Notes: generated by a model not told the origin, from the letters alone. 64,000 nucleotides of DNA from an uncultured Spirochaetales bacterium (GCA_949289575.1 CASEOG010000001.1:105730-169729), one strand, 5' to 3'; positions 21,154 to 31,089 are shown, counted from the first letter of the stretch. A program made the numbers and translations.

Positions 21154-21420
21154 GCGCCTGCGCAAGGAAAGAGCGGGAAACGGAGTCGTAACGGTTCGGT
21201 AAAAAGAAGCCGGAAAAGATCAGTACCGGACAGCCGGATGAGGAACGGTTTTCCGGCTGCCGCACTGCGGACAGGCCGGTGAAACCGGTCTCACTGACAG
21301 AAACGAACGGGGAACGACGGCTTCGAAAGACCGTCCGCATTTTGTACAAAGATAGAGCCGGGATTCCCCGGGCTGCGGTTCTCTAAAAAAAGACATTGAA
21401 AAACGACCTCCCGATTCCGC

Positions 21421-21774
21421 TTATTTCTCCAGCGGAAAAGCCTCGGTAAAACCGGCATACATAATACCGCCCATATTGTGAACCTCCTCATATCCGAGAT
21501 GTCTCATTTGACGGGCCGCCGATCCGGCACGGGCTCCGCTGTAGCAGTAAATATAAACCGGAGTTTTTTTGTCGGGAACTTTCGATTCGATCTCTTCCGC
21601 AATTTTGTAATCGGGAATATGAAGCGCTCCCCTGACATGTCCTTCGTTAAACTCGTCCGTACTACGGACATCCAGAATCACCGGTCGTGACTGCCTGCGA
21701 ATCATCTCCGGATAATCACCGCCAGGGATTCTCTTACCGCAAAAAAAAGAAACCGTTCTCCTTAAAAAACACAT
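21421..21774 (-). CDS. Rhodanese-like domain protein
   Basis: ILDVRSTDEFNEGHVRGA, IYCYSGARA, LGYEEVHNMGGI. Confidence 0.92.
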   Translation of the reverse strand: MCFLRRTVSFFCGKRIPGGDYPEMIRRQSRPVILDVRSTDEFNEGHVRGALHIPDYKIAEEIESKVPDKKTPVYIYCYSGARAGSAARQMRHLGYEEVHNMGGIMYAGFTEAFPLEK

Positions 21775-21859
21775 CTTTACTTTTCCTATTCACTTGTAAT
21801 ATAATAATTTCAGTATACAGAAAATGAAAAAAAATAACAACCGTCAGGAGCGAATCCGT

Positions 21860-22933
21860 ATGAAAAACAGAATTCTGATTTTTCTAATGGTATTATTTTC
21901 GGGACTCGCGGCCTGCCCGCCGCCGGCAGCCGACGGCAGTACATCCGAAGAAAATCAGACGAAACCTTCGGAACCATTCGATCCTCTGACAGGATTCTTA
22001 CCCGTCGAACTCTACTACGGCCGTTCGCTTTTGAACCAAGAAGAAAAGCAGGCTTACGATTTTATTCTCAAAGCATTTCTGACCGAGCCGGTCACCGAAG
22101 AGCAGAAATCGGCCGCACAAATCACAGTCCGCTTCAAAGAAAACGGCTTCGTCATGACGGAGGCTCAGATCGTTAAAATTTTCGATTTTCTCTCCAAAGA
22201 CGACCCGCGCATGGCTCTGCTGACCTCGAGTGTCCTGCCGCGCCGTTCGGACAATATCGGCGACACTTACGATCCTTCGGGAACCGCGATTGCCGACAAG
22301 GCTCTTTTCGATAATACTTTCAAAGGGATGGCTCTCGGAACTTTTTGGGAAACGTTCCACAAACCGCAAACTGCCGAAATGGAAACGCACATTCTGCCGA
22401 TTCTGAATACCGTCAACGGGAATATGACGACGGCACAGAAGGTCAGAGCCCTCCACGATGCTTTTCTGGCAACAGTCACTTACGGTACCACCAATTCCCG
22501 CGGTGACGGCAATCTGAGGGGAGCCTTTTTGAACCCGTTGGCCGCCCCCGAAGCCGAAATCCGTTATGTGGTTTGTCAGGGTTATGCCGTTTCGTTTCAA
22601 TATCTGCTGATGCGCTGCGGCATTCCCGCCATCACGGTGCCCGGAACCGCACTCTCGACTCCGGGCGATCTCAATACGAAAGGCTCACATGCCTGGAATA
22701 AGGTCTGTATCGACGGTGATTGGTATCTGGTCGACCCCACCCATGACGATTCCCTTGTGTGGAACAGCCCGACCTGCCGCTACGAATATTTTCTCAAAGC
22801 CGACAGTTCGGTTCCGACTCACGAAGAGGGCGTCCTTCCCGACGGTTCGAAAACCGGCTACCCTGTTTTCCCGGAAACCGCGAAAAACGATTTTCCTCTT
22901 GATCAGACGGTTCGGATCGGAGATTCGCAATAA
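21860..22933 (+). CDS. Transglutaminase-like (Cys-His-Asp) lipoprotein
   Basis: Lipobox LAA-C; VCQGYA..FQYL...CGI, HAWNKV..DG.WY.VD.T.DD. Confidence 0.88.
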   Translation: MKNRILIFLMVLFSGLAACPPPAADGSTSEENQTKPSEPFDPLTGFLPVELYYGRSLLNQEEKQAYDFILKAFLTEPVTEEQKSAAQITVRFKENGFVMTEAQIVKIFDFLSKDDPRMALLTSSVLPRRSDNIGDTYDPSGTAIADKALFDNTFKGMALGTFWETFHKPQTAEMETHILPILNTVNGNMTTAQKVRALHDAFLATVTYGTTNSRGDGNLRGAFLNPLAAPEAEIRYVVCQGYAVSFQYLLMRCGIPAITVPGTALSTPGDLNTKGSHAWNKVCIDGDWYLVDPTHDDSLVWNSPTCRYEYFLKADSSVPTHEEGVLPDGSKTGYPVFPETAKNDFPLDQTVRIGDSQ

Positions 22934-23061
22934 CAGAGAGTCCGAAACTTTATTACGGCAGATCCGACGGATTCTTTTCCTCAAACCCGTCAAAGGTGAC
23001 ACTCCGGCTCCTGTTCACAACGGAAATGTAAAACAGTGCTTTATCGGTATGAACGGACGGA

Positions 23062-24060
23062 TCAGAGTCGGCAGGAGAGAACTTCCGACGCCAATTTCCG
23101 CTCTTCCTTCAATTCCTCAATCGACGCATCGATTTGAGCGCGGGCATAATCGTTGATCTCCAAATTAGGAACAATTTCATGATTGCCGTTTGCATCGGTT
23201 CTAAGCGGAAATCCCGTTATCAACCCCGGTTCTGTCCCGTATTCTCCGTTCGATAAAACGGAGACGCTGAACCAATCTCCGGTCGGAGTAGGATTTATTA
23301 ATTTTCGAACAGTTTCAACAATCGCATTGGCGGCTGAAGCAGCTGAAGAAACTCCGCGCGTTTCTATAATCGCCGCGCCCCGTTTTTGAATGGCGGGAAC
23401 AAAGGTTTCCTCGAGCCACGTTTTATCTCGAATCACTTCGGGAACAGGAATTCCGCGAATAGTCGCGTTTGTAAAATCGGGAAATTGGGTTGAAGAGTGG
23501 TTCCCCCAAATAGTCATGTTTTTAACAGCAGAAACATGAACTCCTGCTTTTTGAGCCAGTTGATACTTACTGCGGCTCTCATCGAGTCCCGTCATCGCGA
23601 AAAAATTTCCGACTGGAACTCCCTCTGCATGCCGCAAAGCAATCAATGCGTTTATATTGCAGGGATTTCCCACTACAAGAACTTTCACATTTTTTGAAGC
23701 GTGAGCAGCAATTGCCTTTCCTTGATCGACAAAAATTTTCCCGTTTATATCCAATAAATCGCGGCGTTCCATGCCCGCTTTTCTCGGAGCGGAACCGAGC
23801 AAAAGACACCAATCGGCATCTTGAAAAGCAACCTTAGGATCAGTTGTTGCCGTAACCTCTTTCAACAAAGGAAACGCGCAATCCTCAAGCTCCATCACAA
23901 CACCGTTGCATCTTGTCAAAGCCGGCTCAATTTCAAGTAAATTTAGAATAACCGATCGATTCTCTCCGAAAATATCGCCGGCTGCAATTCGAAACAGCAA
24001 CGAATAGGCAATCTGTCCTGCCGCACCGGTAACTGCAATTCGAATAGGTTTCTCACTCAT
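23062..24060 (-). CDS. mdh: Malate dehydrogenase (MDH type 2 family)
   Basis: [64 protein letters not shown]. Confidence 0.96.
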   Translation of the reverse strand: MSEKPIRIAVTGAAGQIAYSLLFRIAAGDIFGENRSVILNLLEIEPALTRCNGVVMELEDCAFPLLKEVTATTDPKVAFQDADWCLLLGSAPRKAGMERRDLLDINGKIFVDQGKAIAAHASKNVKVLVVGNPCNINALIALRHAEGVPVGNFFAMTGLDESRSKYQLAQKAGVHVSAVKNMTIWGNHSSTQFPDFTNATIRGIPVPEVIRDKTWLEETFVPAIQKRGAAIIETRGVSSAASAANAIVETVRKLINPTPTGDWFSVSVLSNGEYGTEPGLITGFPLRTDANGNHEIVPNLEINDYARAQIDASIEELKEERKLASEVLSCRL

Positions 24061-24203
24061 AAAAACCTCGGTGATCGAACAAAATTCAATATTTCTTTTT
24101 ACCATATTCCATTGTTCTTTGCAATCCCCATGTAATCGGAAATTCCGACACAACAGAAAAGCGCCAAATTTAACTGAAAAAAAATGCGCTGTTATGACCG
24201 GCC

Positions 24204-24315
24204 GCCGGAGTTTTCGCCTTCGCTGCCGGAGTTTTCGCCTTCGCTGCCGGAGTTTTCGCCTTCGCTGCCGGAGTTTTCGCCTTCGCTGCCGGAGTTTTCA
24301 CCTTCGCTGCCGGAG
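24204..24315. repeat. 21-bp tandem repeat (VNTR), 5 copies plus 7 bp
   Basis: GCCGGAGTTTTCGCCTTCGCT at 24204, 24225, 24246, 24267, 24288 (one G>A), partial at 24309. Confidence 0.97.
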
Positions 24316-24402
24316 GCTGCGCCGGATGAGGCAGGTCCCGTAATCGTAATTTCCCCGAGCCCGCCAAGGCCTGTTTTAGTATCGACACAAGCGAAAACAC
24401 AA

Positions 24403-24416
24403 AGAGAGAGAGAGAG
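24403..24416. repeat. (AG)7/(CT)7 dinucleotide microsatellite
   Basis: AGAGAGAGAGAGAG at 24403-24416. Confidence 0.97.
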
Positions 24417-24468
24417 TCAGAACAGATAAAACCGTAAAAAATCTTTTAAGCATACAGTCTCCACTCTG

Positions 24469-24497
24469 ATTATAACAGATAATTTCCCGATTATCAA
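24469..24497 (-). promoter_or_regulatory. Near-consensus sigma70 promoter of the microsatellite-containing gene
   Basis: Minus strand TTGATA(24497-24492)-N17-TATAAT(24474-24469) with TG extension. Confidence 0.85.
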
Positions 24498-24520
24498 ATT
24501 TTTAAAAAATCATCGTATAA

Positions 24521-25525
24521 TCAGTCTGTTCTGTTCCGTGAATCGAACGATTCGAGGATTTCTTCTTTAAGAGCGGCCGGAAGAGGGACATATTTCAGGT
24601 AAAGCGCCGCCGTGTCCCCTTTTTCAAAGCCGTAACGAAAGAATCTCATCACGGCAGCCCTGACTTTCGGCTCGTTTTTCCGTATCAAAATAAACGACGC
24701 GGCGGCTATCGGCCAGGCCTCCTGTGCCGGACTGTTTGTCAGGGAAACTGCATAAGAAGGAACCCGATGCCAGTCGGCCGAAGCCACAGCCGCCGCAAAC
24801 GACTGCGGTGACGGCGCAACGGTTTTTCCCGCCCGGTTAATCAGATTGACATAATTCAGTTTGGCCTGCTCGGCATAAGTGTATTCGACATAACCGATCG
24901 AATTGCGTGTCTGCCGCACCAGATTGGCAACCCCGTCGTTCCCTTTGGCGCCGATGCCGGTTTTCCAGTTGACCGACTTTCCGTGTCCGACCGACCGCTT
25001 CCACTCGTCGGAAACTTCATCGAGATATTCGGTAAAGACAGCCGTTGTTCCGGAACTGTCGGAACGGCGGATAACGGTAATGGCGGCATCGGGCAGTTTC
25101 AGCCCCGGATTCAAAGCTGCCATTTCAGGGTCGTTCCATCGCGTCACATTTCCGAGAAATACGGCAGCCAGTGTCTCTCCGTCGAGAACCAGCCGGTTAT
25201 GTCTGTTGCCGTCGATATTAACGACGACCGTGATGCCGCCCGTTACTGCCGGAAACTGCAGCAGACCGGCCTCATCCAGTTCGGTCCGGGACAACGGATC
25301 GTCGGTTGCCCCGAAATCAACGGTGCCGGCCGTAATCTGCCTGATGCCGCCGCCGCTGCCGATCGACTGGTAATTGACTCTGATGCCGGTTTCCTTTTCG
25401 TAAGAATAAGCCCAACCGGCATAAACCGGATAAGGGAAGGAGGCGCCCGCCCCGTTGAGCGTTTCTCCCGCAAATGCAAAAACAGCCGTAAAACAGAGCA
25501 GAACGGCAATTAATTCAGTTTTCAT
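24521..25525 (-). CDS. pstS: Phosphate ABC transporter substrate-binding protein
   Basis: Signal peptide; GAGASFPYP, YQSIGSGGG, DFGATD, RSDSSGTT, GKGNDGV-like, IGYVEY. Confidence 0.96.
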   Translation of the reverse strand: MKTELIAVLLCFTAVFAFAGETLNGAGASFPYPVYAGWAYSYEKETGIRVNYQSIGSGGGIRQITAGTVDFGATDDPLSRTELDEAGLLQFPAVTGGITVVVNIDGNRHNRLVLDGETLAAVFLGNVTRWNDPEMAALNPGLKLPDAAITVIRRSDSSGTTAVFTEYLDEVSDEWKRSVGHGKSVNWKTGIGAKGNDGVANLVRQTRNSIGYVEYTYAEQAKLNYVNLINRAGKTVAPSPQSFAAAVASADWHRVPSYAVSLTNSPAQEAWPIAAASFILIRKNEPKVRAAVMRFFRYGFEKGDTAALYLKYVPLPAALKEEILESFDSRNRTD

Positions 25526-27221
25526 GGTCTTTCTCCTTTTTCTCCTTTTTTTCCCGCAGTAAAACGCGGAACGTATTCCCGCCTTGTTCATTTTCGAAAA
25601 CAGACGCCTCCCCGTTGTAAAGATGCGCAATGTGTTTGACAATCGACAATCCCAAACCGAATCCCGATTTTTGGCGTGATTTCGAGACCGTATAAAACCG
25701 CTCGAAAATGCGTTTGCGCTCCTTTTCGGAAATCGGAGGTCCGTTATCGGCGACTTCCAGAACCAGAGCCCCGTTTTCTTCACCGATAAAAACACGCACC
25801 TCACCGCCGTCGGAATATTTCAAAGCGTTATTGATCAGATTTCCCAGAACCGTTTCCGTATGAACAATATCGATCGCAAACGGGCGTTCCGTCCGATTCG
25901 AGAAACAAATCTTTTTCTCCGACGGCGGAAACACCATTCTCTCAATCATCTCTGCGACACACGTCGGTTCTTCGACGGTCAGTCCCGTATTCTCGATTCT
26001 GTACAATTCCAAAGTCTGATTGACAAACCGGTTCAACCGGACGGAAGAACGGTATATTTTCTCCAGAAACCGTTCGCGCCATTCACCGTCCATTTGCGGA
26101 TCGTTATTCAACGTTTCCGCTGTTCCCATAATGACCGCCAGAGGGGTTTTCAGCTCGTGTGCGATATTGGCTGTCAGCTCGGCTTTGTAATCTTCGTAAT
26201 CGGCACGGGCGGAAATATCGTGCAGAACGACCAGGCGGTTACTGTCAATCGTTCGCGTATAAACCTCAAAAAGCCGTTTCCCGTACGCAAGACGGAAAAG
26301 CGGTTCTTCTCTCGCAAAAATTTCCTGAAAGAAAGCAGCCGTTTCGCAATTTTGTCCGGAACGGGACGGACAGGCTCCTTTTTCGACATCCGCTCCGAAA
26401 AAATCGGATGCACACCGGTTGGATTCCAGAACGTTTCCGTTTTCGTCCGTCAGGATGACGCACTCATCAATATGATTGATAATCTTTTTTAAAGTAGCGG
26501 CTTCCCGTTCGCGAATCCGCTTCTCCCTCAGCCGGCTTCGGTTGATATGATACATCAGCGATGCCGCACTGTTCATCAGCGGCTCGGCGATTTCCGGCAG
26601 GACAAAATCATCCGAATTGCGGCGAATTGCCTTTTCGACAGACGACAGCTGCACTTTCGGCTTCACCTCTTTGTAGGTCAGGTACAATGACAGAAAAAAA
26701 ATCAGACCGGTAAAAACGGAAAAAACAGCAATCGCATTCAGTCGGATTTTTTCGTAAATACTGAGAAACAGATCCCCGTCGGAAGCAACCCTCAAAACCG
26801 GACCGCTGTTCAGCGGTGCCGCATAATAAATCGAATATTTGCCCGTGATTTCGCTTTTTCGCACCGCATAAAAACTTTTTCCGCTCAGCGCCTTGCGAAT
26901 TTCTTCCCTGTATTTGTGATTTTCCACCGAACCGATCGCGCTGCGGTCGAGTGAAGAATCCGCCAGAACCGTGCCGTCCAAACCGATAAGGGTCATTCGC
27001 AAATCTCTCTCCCGGCTCAAATCACGGAAAAGAGTATTGACACTCTCGCTATCGGAAAAATCATATTCGGACGCAATCGTCCAGTATGTCTTCAGAATAT
27101 CTCTATAGAGTGATTCCGCATTTCGGACGGAAAGCCGGTAATTGACAAGCAGAAGCAGAGCCGTCATCACGACAAACGGCACAAAGACGGAAAAAAAGGC
27201 CTTGAGAAAATATTTAATCAT
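25515..27221 (-). CDS. phoR: Phosphate regulon sensor histidine kinase
   Basis: Two TMs, ENH..R.E sensor, PAS-like region, AHELKTPL, NLINNALKY, DNGP, FERFY, GLGLSIVKH. Confidence 0.9.
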   Translation of the reverse strand: MIKYFLKAFFSVFVPFVVMTALLLLVNYRLSVRNAESLYRDILKTYWTIASEYDFSDSESVNTLFRDLSRERDLRMTLIGLDGTVLADSSLDRSAIGSVENHKYREEIRKALSGKSFYAVRKSEITGKYSIYYAAPLNSGPVLRVASDGDLFLSIYEKIRLNAIAVFSVFTGLIFFLSLYLTYKEVKPKVQLSSVEKAIRRNSDDFVLPEIAEPLMNSAASLMYHINRSRLREKRIREREAATLKKIINHIDECVILTDENGNVLESNRCASDFFGADVEKGACPSRSGQNCETAAFFQEIFAREEPLFRLAYGKRLFEVYTRTIDSNRLVVLHDISARADYEDYKAELTANIAHELKTPLAVIMGTAETLNNDPQMDGEWRERFLEKIYRSSVRLNRFVNQTLELYRIENTGLTVEEPTCVAEMIERMVFPPSEKKICFSNRTERPFAIDIVHTETVLGNLINNALKYSDGGEVRVFIGEENGALVLEVADNGPPISEKERKRIFERFYTVSKSRQKSGFGLGLSIVKHIAHLYNGEASVFENEQGGNTFRVLLREKKEKKEKDHEN

Positions 27222-27885
27222 CGATACCATATCCTACTTTGGGGACCGACTTAATACAGGAACCGGCTGTTCCCAGTTTTTTCCGTAAAGTCGATACATG
27301 AGAATCTATTGTCCGGGTCAGAAAATCGCAGCTGTATCCCCACAAAGAATTCAGAAGGACATCGCGTGAAAAGATTTCATGGGGGCGGGAAAGAAAAAGT
27401 TTCAGAAGTTCGTACTCTCTGTGGGTCAGAACGACTTCGTTGCCGCCGACAAAGACTTTTCGGACGGAATCTTCCATTTTGATATCCCGATATTCCAGGA
27501 TTCCGGAGGTCCCGCCGACGGTTCTGCGTAAAAGAGTATTGACTTTTGTCACAAGCATCTCCATGGAAAACGGCTTGGGCAGATAGTCATCGGCACCTTT
27601 ATTGAGTCCCGAAATAATATCTGCCTCCGCATTCATGGCGGAAATGATAATCACCGGAATTTTAACAAATAAGTCACGGCTGCGGATGATTGTCAGAAAA
27701 TCGAGTCCTTTCAGTCCGGGCAACATCAGATCGAGAAGGATCAGATCAAAAATTTCCTTCTCCGAAAGGATCAGTGCTTCGTTTGCGTTCGAAACGTGCT
27801 GCACCCGAAATCCCGATTTTTGCAAATTATAAACAATCAGATCGCTTATATCGGGATCGTCTTCAATCAGCAGAATCTTCTTCAT
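27214..27885 (-). CDS. phoB: OmpR-family response regulator PhoB/PhoP
   Basis: ILLIEDD, LLDLMLPG, GADDYLPKPF, LTHREYELL, RTIDSHV..LRKKL. Confidence 0.9.
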   Translation of the reverse strand: MKKILLIEDDPDISDLIVYNLQKSGFRVQHVSNANEALILSEKEIFDLILLDLMLPGLKGLDFLTIIRSRDLFVKIPVIIISAMNAEADIISGLNKGADDYLPKPFSMEMLVTKVNTLLRRTVGGTSGILEYRDIKMEDSVRKVFVGGNEVVLTHREYELLKLFLSRPHEIFSRDVLLNSLWGYSCDFLTRTIDSHVSTLRKKLGTAGSCIKSVPKVGYGIDD

Positions 27886-28537
27886 TCTCGGATTCCTCAT
27901 ATTCCAGATTCCCGGAAACGGTAAACAAAACAGCCTCGGCGATGTGTTTGGCGTGATCGGCCATCCGTTCGAGACGGCGCGCCGCATTAATCATATGGAC
28001 GCCGATGTTGACATCGTATCCGGAACCGTTCATTGTCTGAATAATATCTTTTACGGCATCGTTTTTCAAGAGATCGATTTCGATATCGTTTCTGATGATT
28101 TCCATTGCCTTTTCCTGATCCATCAGATAATAGGCCGTAACCGACTCGCAGACGGAATCGGCCACCTTTCCCGCCAAAAGCCGCAGTGCTTCCGACCGGA
28201 AAAACAGATCGGGAGCCGACACTTTCAGCATCCGGCGGCAGACATGTTTGGCATGATCGCCGATTCGTTCGAAATCGGCCGATGTTTTTACGGCCGAAAG
28301 AATATATCTCATTTCGCCGCCCCGCGGCCAATACAACGCAATGATTTTACCGCAAAGCGCATCGCTTTTGATACTGTCGTGGTCCAGACGGATATCCCGT
28401 TCGATGACACGCTGTGCGGCCTTCTCATCCGCATTCAGCAGAGCCGTTTTCATATCGGATGCCATCTCTTTGCAAACTGTGCAAATCCGTGCCGATAGCT
28501 GTTTGAGTTCCCTGTATTCGGGACTGTCGGAATACAT
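27863..28537 (-). CDS. phoU: Phosphate signalling protein PhoU
   Basis: DFERIGDHA and RLERMADHAKHIAE repeats. Confidence 0.93.
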   Translation of the reverse strand: MYSDSPEYRELKQLSARICTVCKEMASDMKTALLNADEKAAQRVIERDIRLDHDSIKSDALCGKIIALYWPRGGEMRYILSAVKTSADFERIGDHAKHVCRRMLKVSAPDLFFRSEALRLLAGKVADSVCESVTAYYLMDQEKAMEIIRNDIEIDLLKNDAVKDIIQTMNGSGYDVNIGVHMINAARRLERMADHAKHIAEAVLFTVSGNLEYEESENEEDSAD

Positions 28538-28550
28538 GCTGCCTCCCTGT

Positions 28551-29321
28551 TTAACCGAACTGACCGGTAATATAATCTTCCGTCATCTTGACTGTCGGTG
28601 ATGTAAATATTTTGTCTGTTTTTCCGATTTCAATCAACTCCCCCATATACATAAAGGCCGTCCAATCGGAAATTCGTGCGGCCTGCTGCATATTGTGAGT
28701 CACAATCACCATTGTTGTCTGACCTTTCAGTTCTCTCATCAGGTCTTCGATTTTTTTTGTCGAAATCGGGTCCAAAGCACTGGTCGGCTCGTCAAACAGG
28801 ACGACATCGGGCTCGGGAGCCAGGGTTCGGGCAATCGACAGGCGCTGCTGCTGACCTCCCGACAAACCGGACGCCGGTGTCCGGAGACGCGACTGCACCT
28901 CTTCCCAAAGGGCCGCTTTTTTCAATGCCGCCTCAACGCGATCCGTCAATTCCTGCCGGTTTCCGATTCCCTTCAGCCGCAATCCGTACGCTACGTTATC
29001 GAAAATCGACATCGGAAACGGTGTCGGTTTTTGAAAAACCATACCGACACGACTCCGCAGCCCGGTCAAATCGGTTCCCTTTTCCAAAATATTTTTTCCG
29101 CGGAACAGAATCTCTCCTTCGTAACGGTTGCCCTTATAAAGATCATGCATCCTGTTCAGGCAGCGCAAAAAAGTTGTTTTTCCGCATCCCGACGGCCCGA
29201 TAAGAGCCGTAATTTTATTCTTTTCGACAGAAAGCGAGACGTTCCGCACCGCCGTCTTGCTGCCGTAGCTGAAAGAAAGATTTCGTGTCTCGATTTCGCA
29301 TCGAAAATCCGGTTGTGTCAT
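28551..29321 (-). CDS. pstB: Phosphate ABC transporter ATPase
   Basis: [64 protein letters not shown]. Confidence 0.97.
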   Translation of the reverse strand: MTQPDFRCEIETRNLSFSYGSKTAVRNVSLSVEKNKITALIGPSGCGKTTFLRCLNRMHDLYKGNRYEGEILFRGKNILEKGTDLTGLRSRVGMVFQKPTPFPMSIFDNVAYGLRLKGIGNRQELTDRVEAALKKAALWEEVQSRLRTPASGLSGGQQQRLSIARTLAPEPDVVLFDEPTSALDPISTKKIEDLMRELKGQTTMVIVTHNMQQAARISDWTAFMYMGELIEIGKTDKIFTSPTVKMTEDYITGQFG

Positions 29322-30163
29322 AACACCTGTCTCCGTTTTATAATTTGCTTCAGAATAATATTCAAAAAAAGAATAAAGACCGTAATGACGAGAGAAGAGG
29401 CCCATGCCGACAAAACCCATTTTTCGTAAGGCGAGCCGGCATATTGAAAAACGGTCACCGTCAGCGACGGCACGGGACCGCTCATATCTGCTGTCAGATA
29501 ATTGCTGTTAAACGAGGTAAAAAGCAGCGGCGCCGTTTCGCCGGCGATACGGGAAACGGCCAGAGAAACCCCCGTAAAAATACCGGAAAACCCGCTTCGG
29601 AACACAATATCCTTGATGACCTTAAAATAGGGAGCCCCCAAGGCAAACGCCGCCTCGCGCATTGTCCAGGGAACCAGACGCAGCGACTCTTCCGTTGTCC
29701 GCATGATGACGGGCAGAATGATAAACGCAAGCGCAACGGCTCCGGCCCATCCGTTGAACCCGCCGAACGGATGAACCAGAAGCGAGTAAACAAAAGTTCC
29801 GATAATAATCGTCGGAATCCCGATAGCGACATCGGCCAGGTTACCGATAAACCGGCCGACGCGGGATCCGTTTCCGTATTCGGCCAGATAAATGCCGCCC
29901 AAAATACCGACCGGAATTCCTATAATCGCGGCGACTGTCGTCAGAAGAAGCTGTCCGAGAAAAGCATGGCGCATACCTCCCTCGTTTTCAATCCAGGGAG
30001 GAGCCGCATCGTCGGTAAACAGCTCCGGACTGAGCCCCGCAATCCCGTTCCGAATCACACTGAAAAGAATGGCAAAAAGAAAGCAGACCCCGACAACGGC
30101 CGCGGCCGAAGATAAAAACAGCATCAAACGCCCCCGAAGTCTTCTGATAACCGTCGGTTTCAT
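29318..30163 (-). CDS. pstA: Phosphate ABC transporter permease
   Basis: [39 protein letters not shown]. Confidence 0.95.
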   Translation of the reverse strand: MKPTVIRRLRGRLMLFLSSAAAVVGVCFLFAILFSVIRNGIAGLSPELFTDDAAPPWIENEGGMRHAFLGQLLLTTVAAIIGIPVGILGGIYLAEYGNGSRVGRFIGNLADVAIGIPTIIIGTFVYSLLVHPFGGFNGWAGAVALAFIILPVIMRTTEESLRLVPWTMREAAFALGAPYFKVIKDIVFRSGFSGIFTGVSLAVSRIAGETAPLLFTSFNSNYLTADMSGPVPSLTVTVFQYAGSPYEKWVLSAWASSLVITVFILFLNIILKQIIKRRQVL

Positions 30164-31089
30164 GATTTTTTCCCCGCTATGCAGAATTTGGCAACCGCCA
30201 GAGTCGAGAAGTTCAAAATAAACAGCAGCAGAGCCAGCAGAAACAGCGACGACATTTGCAGACCCGATGCTTCGTTGAACTCATTCACCAGAACTCCGGT
30301 AACGGTCACATACGGATCGAACACGGATGTCAGTCTGATATTCATATTCCCGATGATATAAGCAATCGCCATTGTTTCACCGAGTGCCCGTCCCAAAGCA
30401 ATGATGATTCCGCTGCGGACAGCTCTTCCCGCATACGGCAGAGAAATACGGCGCACCACTTCCCATTTTTCACAGCCGATTCCGTAACCGGCCTCTTTCA
30501 GCTCCTTCGGAACAGAGTCGAGTGCCTCTTTGGCGACTCCGGCAATAAACGGAAGTACCATGACACCGAGCACGAGTCCCGCTGTCAGAAACCCGATTCC
30601 CCCGGCATAATGAATTTCGAAAAAAGAACCGATAAAAGGCAGTCCGGAAAAGAGAGCGGAAACCCCTCTTTGCAGCGTCACCTCGATAAACGGCGCAAAA
30701 ACGAACAGCCCCCACATACCGTAAATAATACTCGGAATCGCGGCCAGCAGCTCGACGGCGGTTCCGACGAATCCTTTCAGAAAGGCAGGACACAACTCCG
30801 ACAGGAAAACGGCAATTCCGATTCCCATCGGGGCGGCAACGGTAACGGCAATCAGAGAGGTCAGAATCGAGCCCAGAAGCGGCCGCGCCGCTCCGAAGAG
30901 GGATTCGGCATAATTCCACTCGACGGAAAACAAAAATCCGAAAAAGCCGAATTCCCGGAGTGCCGGCACGGACTCGCGCAAAAGGGAAAGAAAAATTCCG
31001 GCGCAAATCAGAAAAACGGAAAGTGCCGAAAGCAGCGAGAAAAGCCGAAAAAGGCTATCTTTGTAAAAAAAGGTGCGGACTGCTTTCAC
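30160..31089 (-). CDS. pstC: Phosphate ABC transporter permease
   Basis: ELLAAIPSIIYGMWG, GRALGETMA. Confidence 0.95.
   Translation of the reverse strand: MKAVRTFFYKDSLFRLFSLLSALSVFLICAGIFLSLLRESVPALREFGFFGFLFSVEWNYAESLFGAARPLLGSILTSLIAVTVAAPMGIGIAVFLSELCPAFLKGFVGTAVELLAAIPSIIYGMWGLFVFAPFIEVTLQRGVSALFSGLPFIGSFFEIHYAGGIGFLTAGLVLGVMVLPFIAGVAKEALDSVPKELKEAGYGIGCEKWEVVRRISLPYAGRAVRSGIIIALGRALGETMAIAYIIGNMNIRLTSVFDPYVTVTGVLVNEFNEASGLQMSSLFLLALLLFILNFSTLAVAKFCIAGKKS

Larger units (their letters stand above)
24192..24453 (-). pseudogene. Small lipoprotein gene frameshifted at a (CT)7 tract; probably phase-variable and currently OFF
   Basis: ATG 24453 with GGAG and a consensus promoter; MLKRFFTVLSVLTLSLSL reaches TAA at 24376-24378, while the adjacent frame continues CVFA-C-VDTKTG...(SGSEGEN)5-SGGRS to TAA at 24192-24194. 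Confidence 0.75.

Noticed and set aside
21230-21310. Hammerhead ribozyme (GATGAG...GAAAC)
   Set aside because: The CUGAUGA core is absent (reads CGGATGA) and the stems do not form the three-way junction
24204-24315. 21-bp repeats as a CRISPR array
   Set aside because: Copies are directly adjacent with no spacers, and no cas genes are present
24170-24400. Stand-alone histone H1-like protein starting at GTG 24400
   Set aside because: No RBS at that start; the promoter and RBS point to ATG 24453, so this frame is reachable only through (CT)n slippage
24071-24429. Plus-strand ORFs with RSFRLRC and PEFSPSL repeats
   Set aside because: No RBS or promoter support; they are open only because the repeat unit lacks stops
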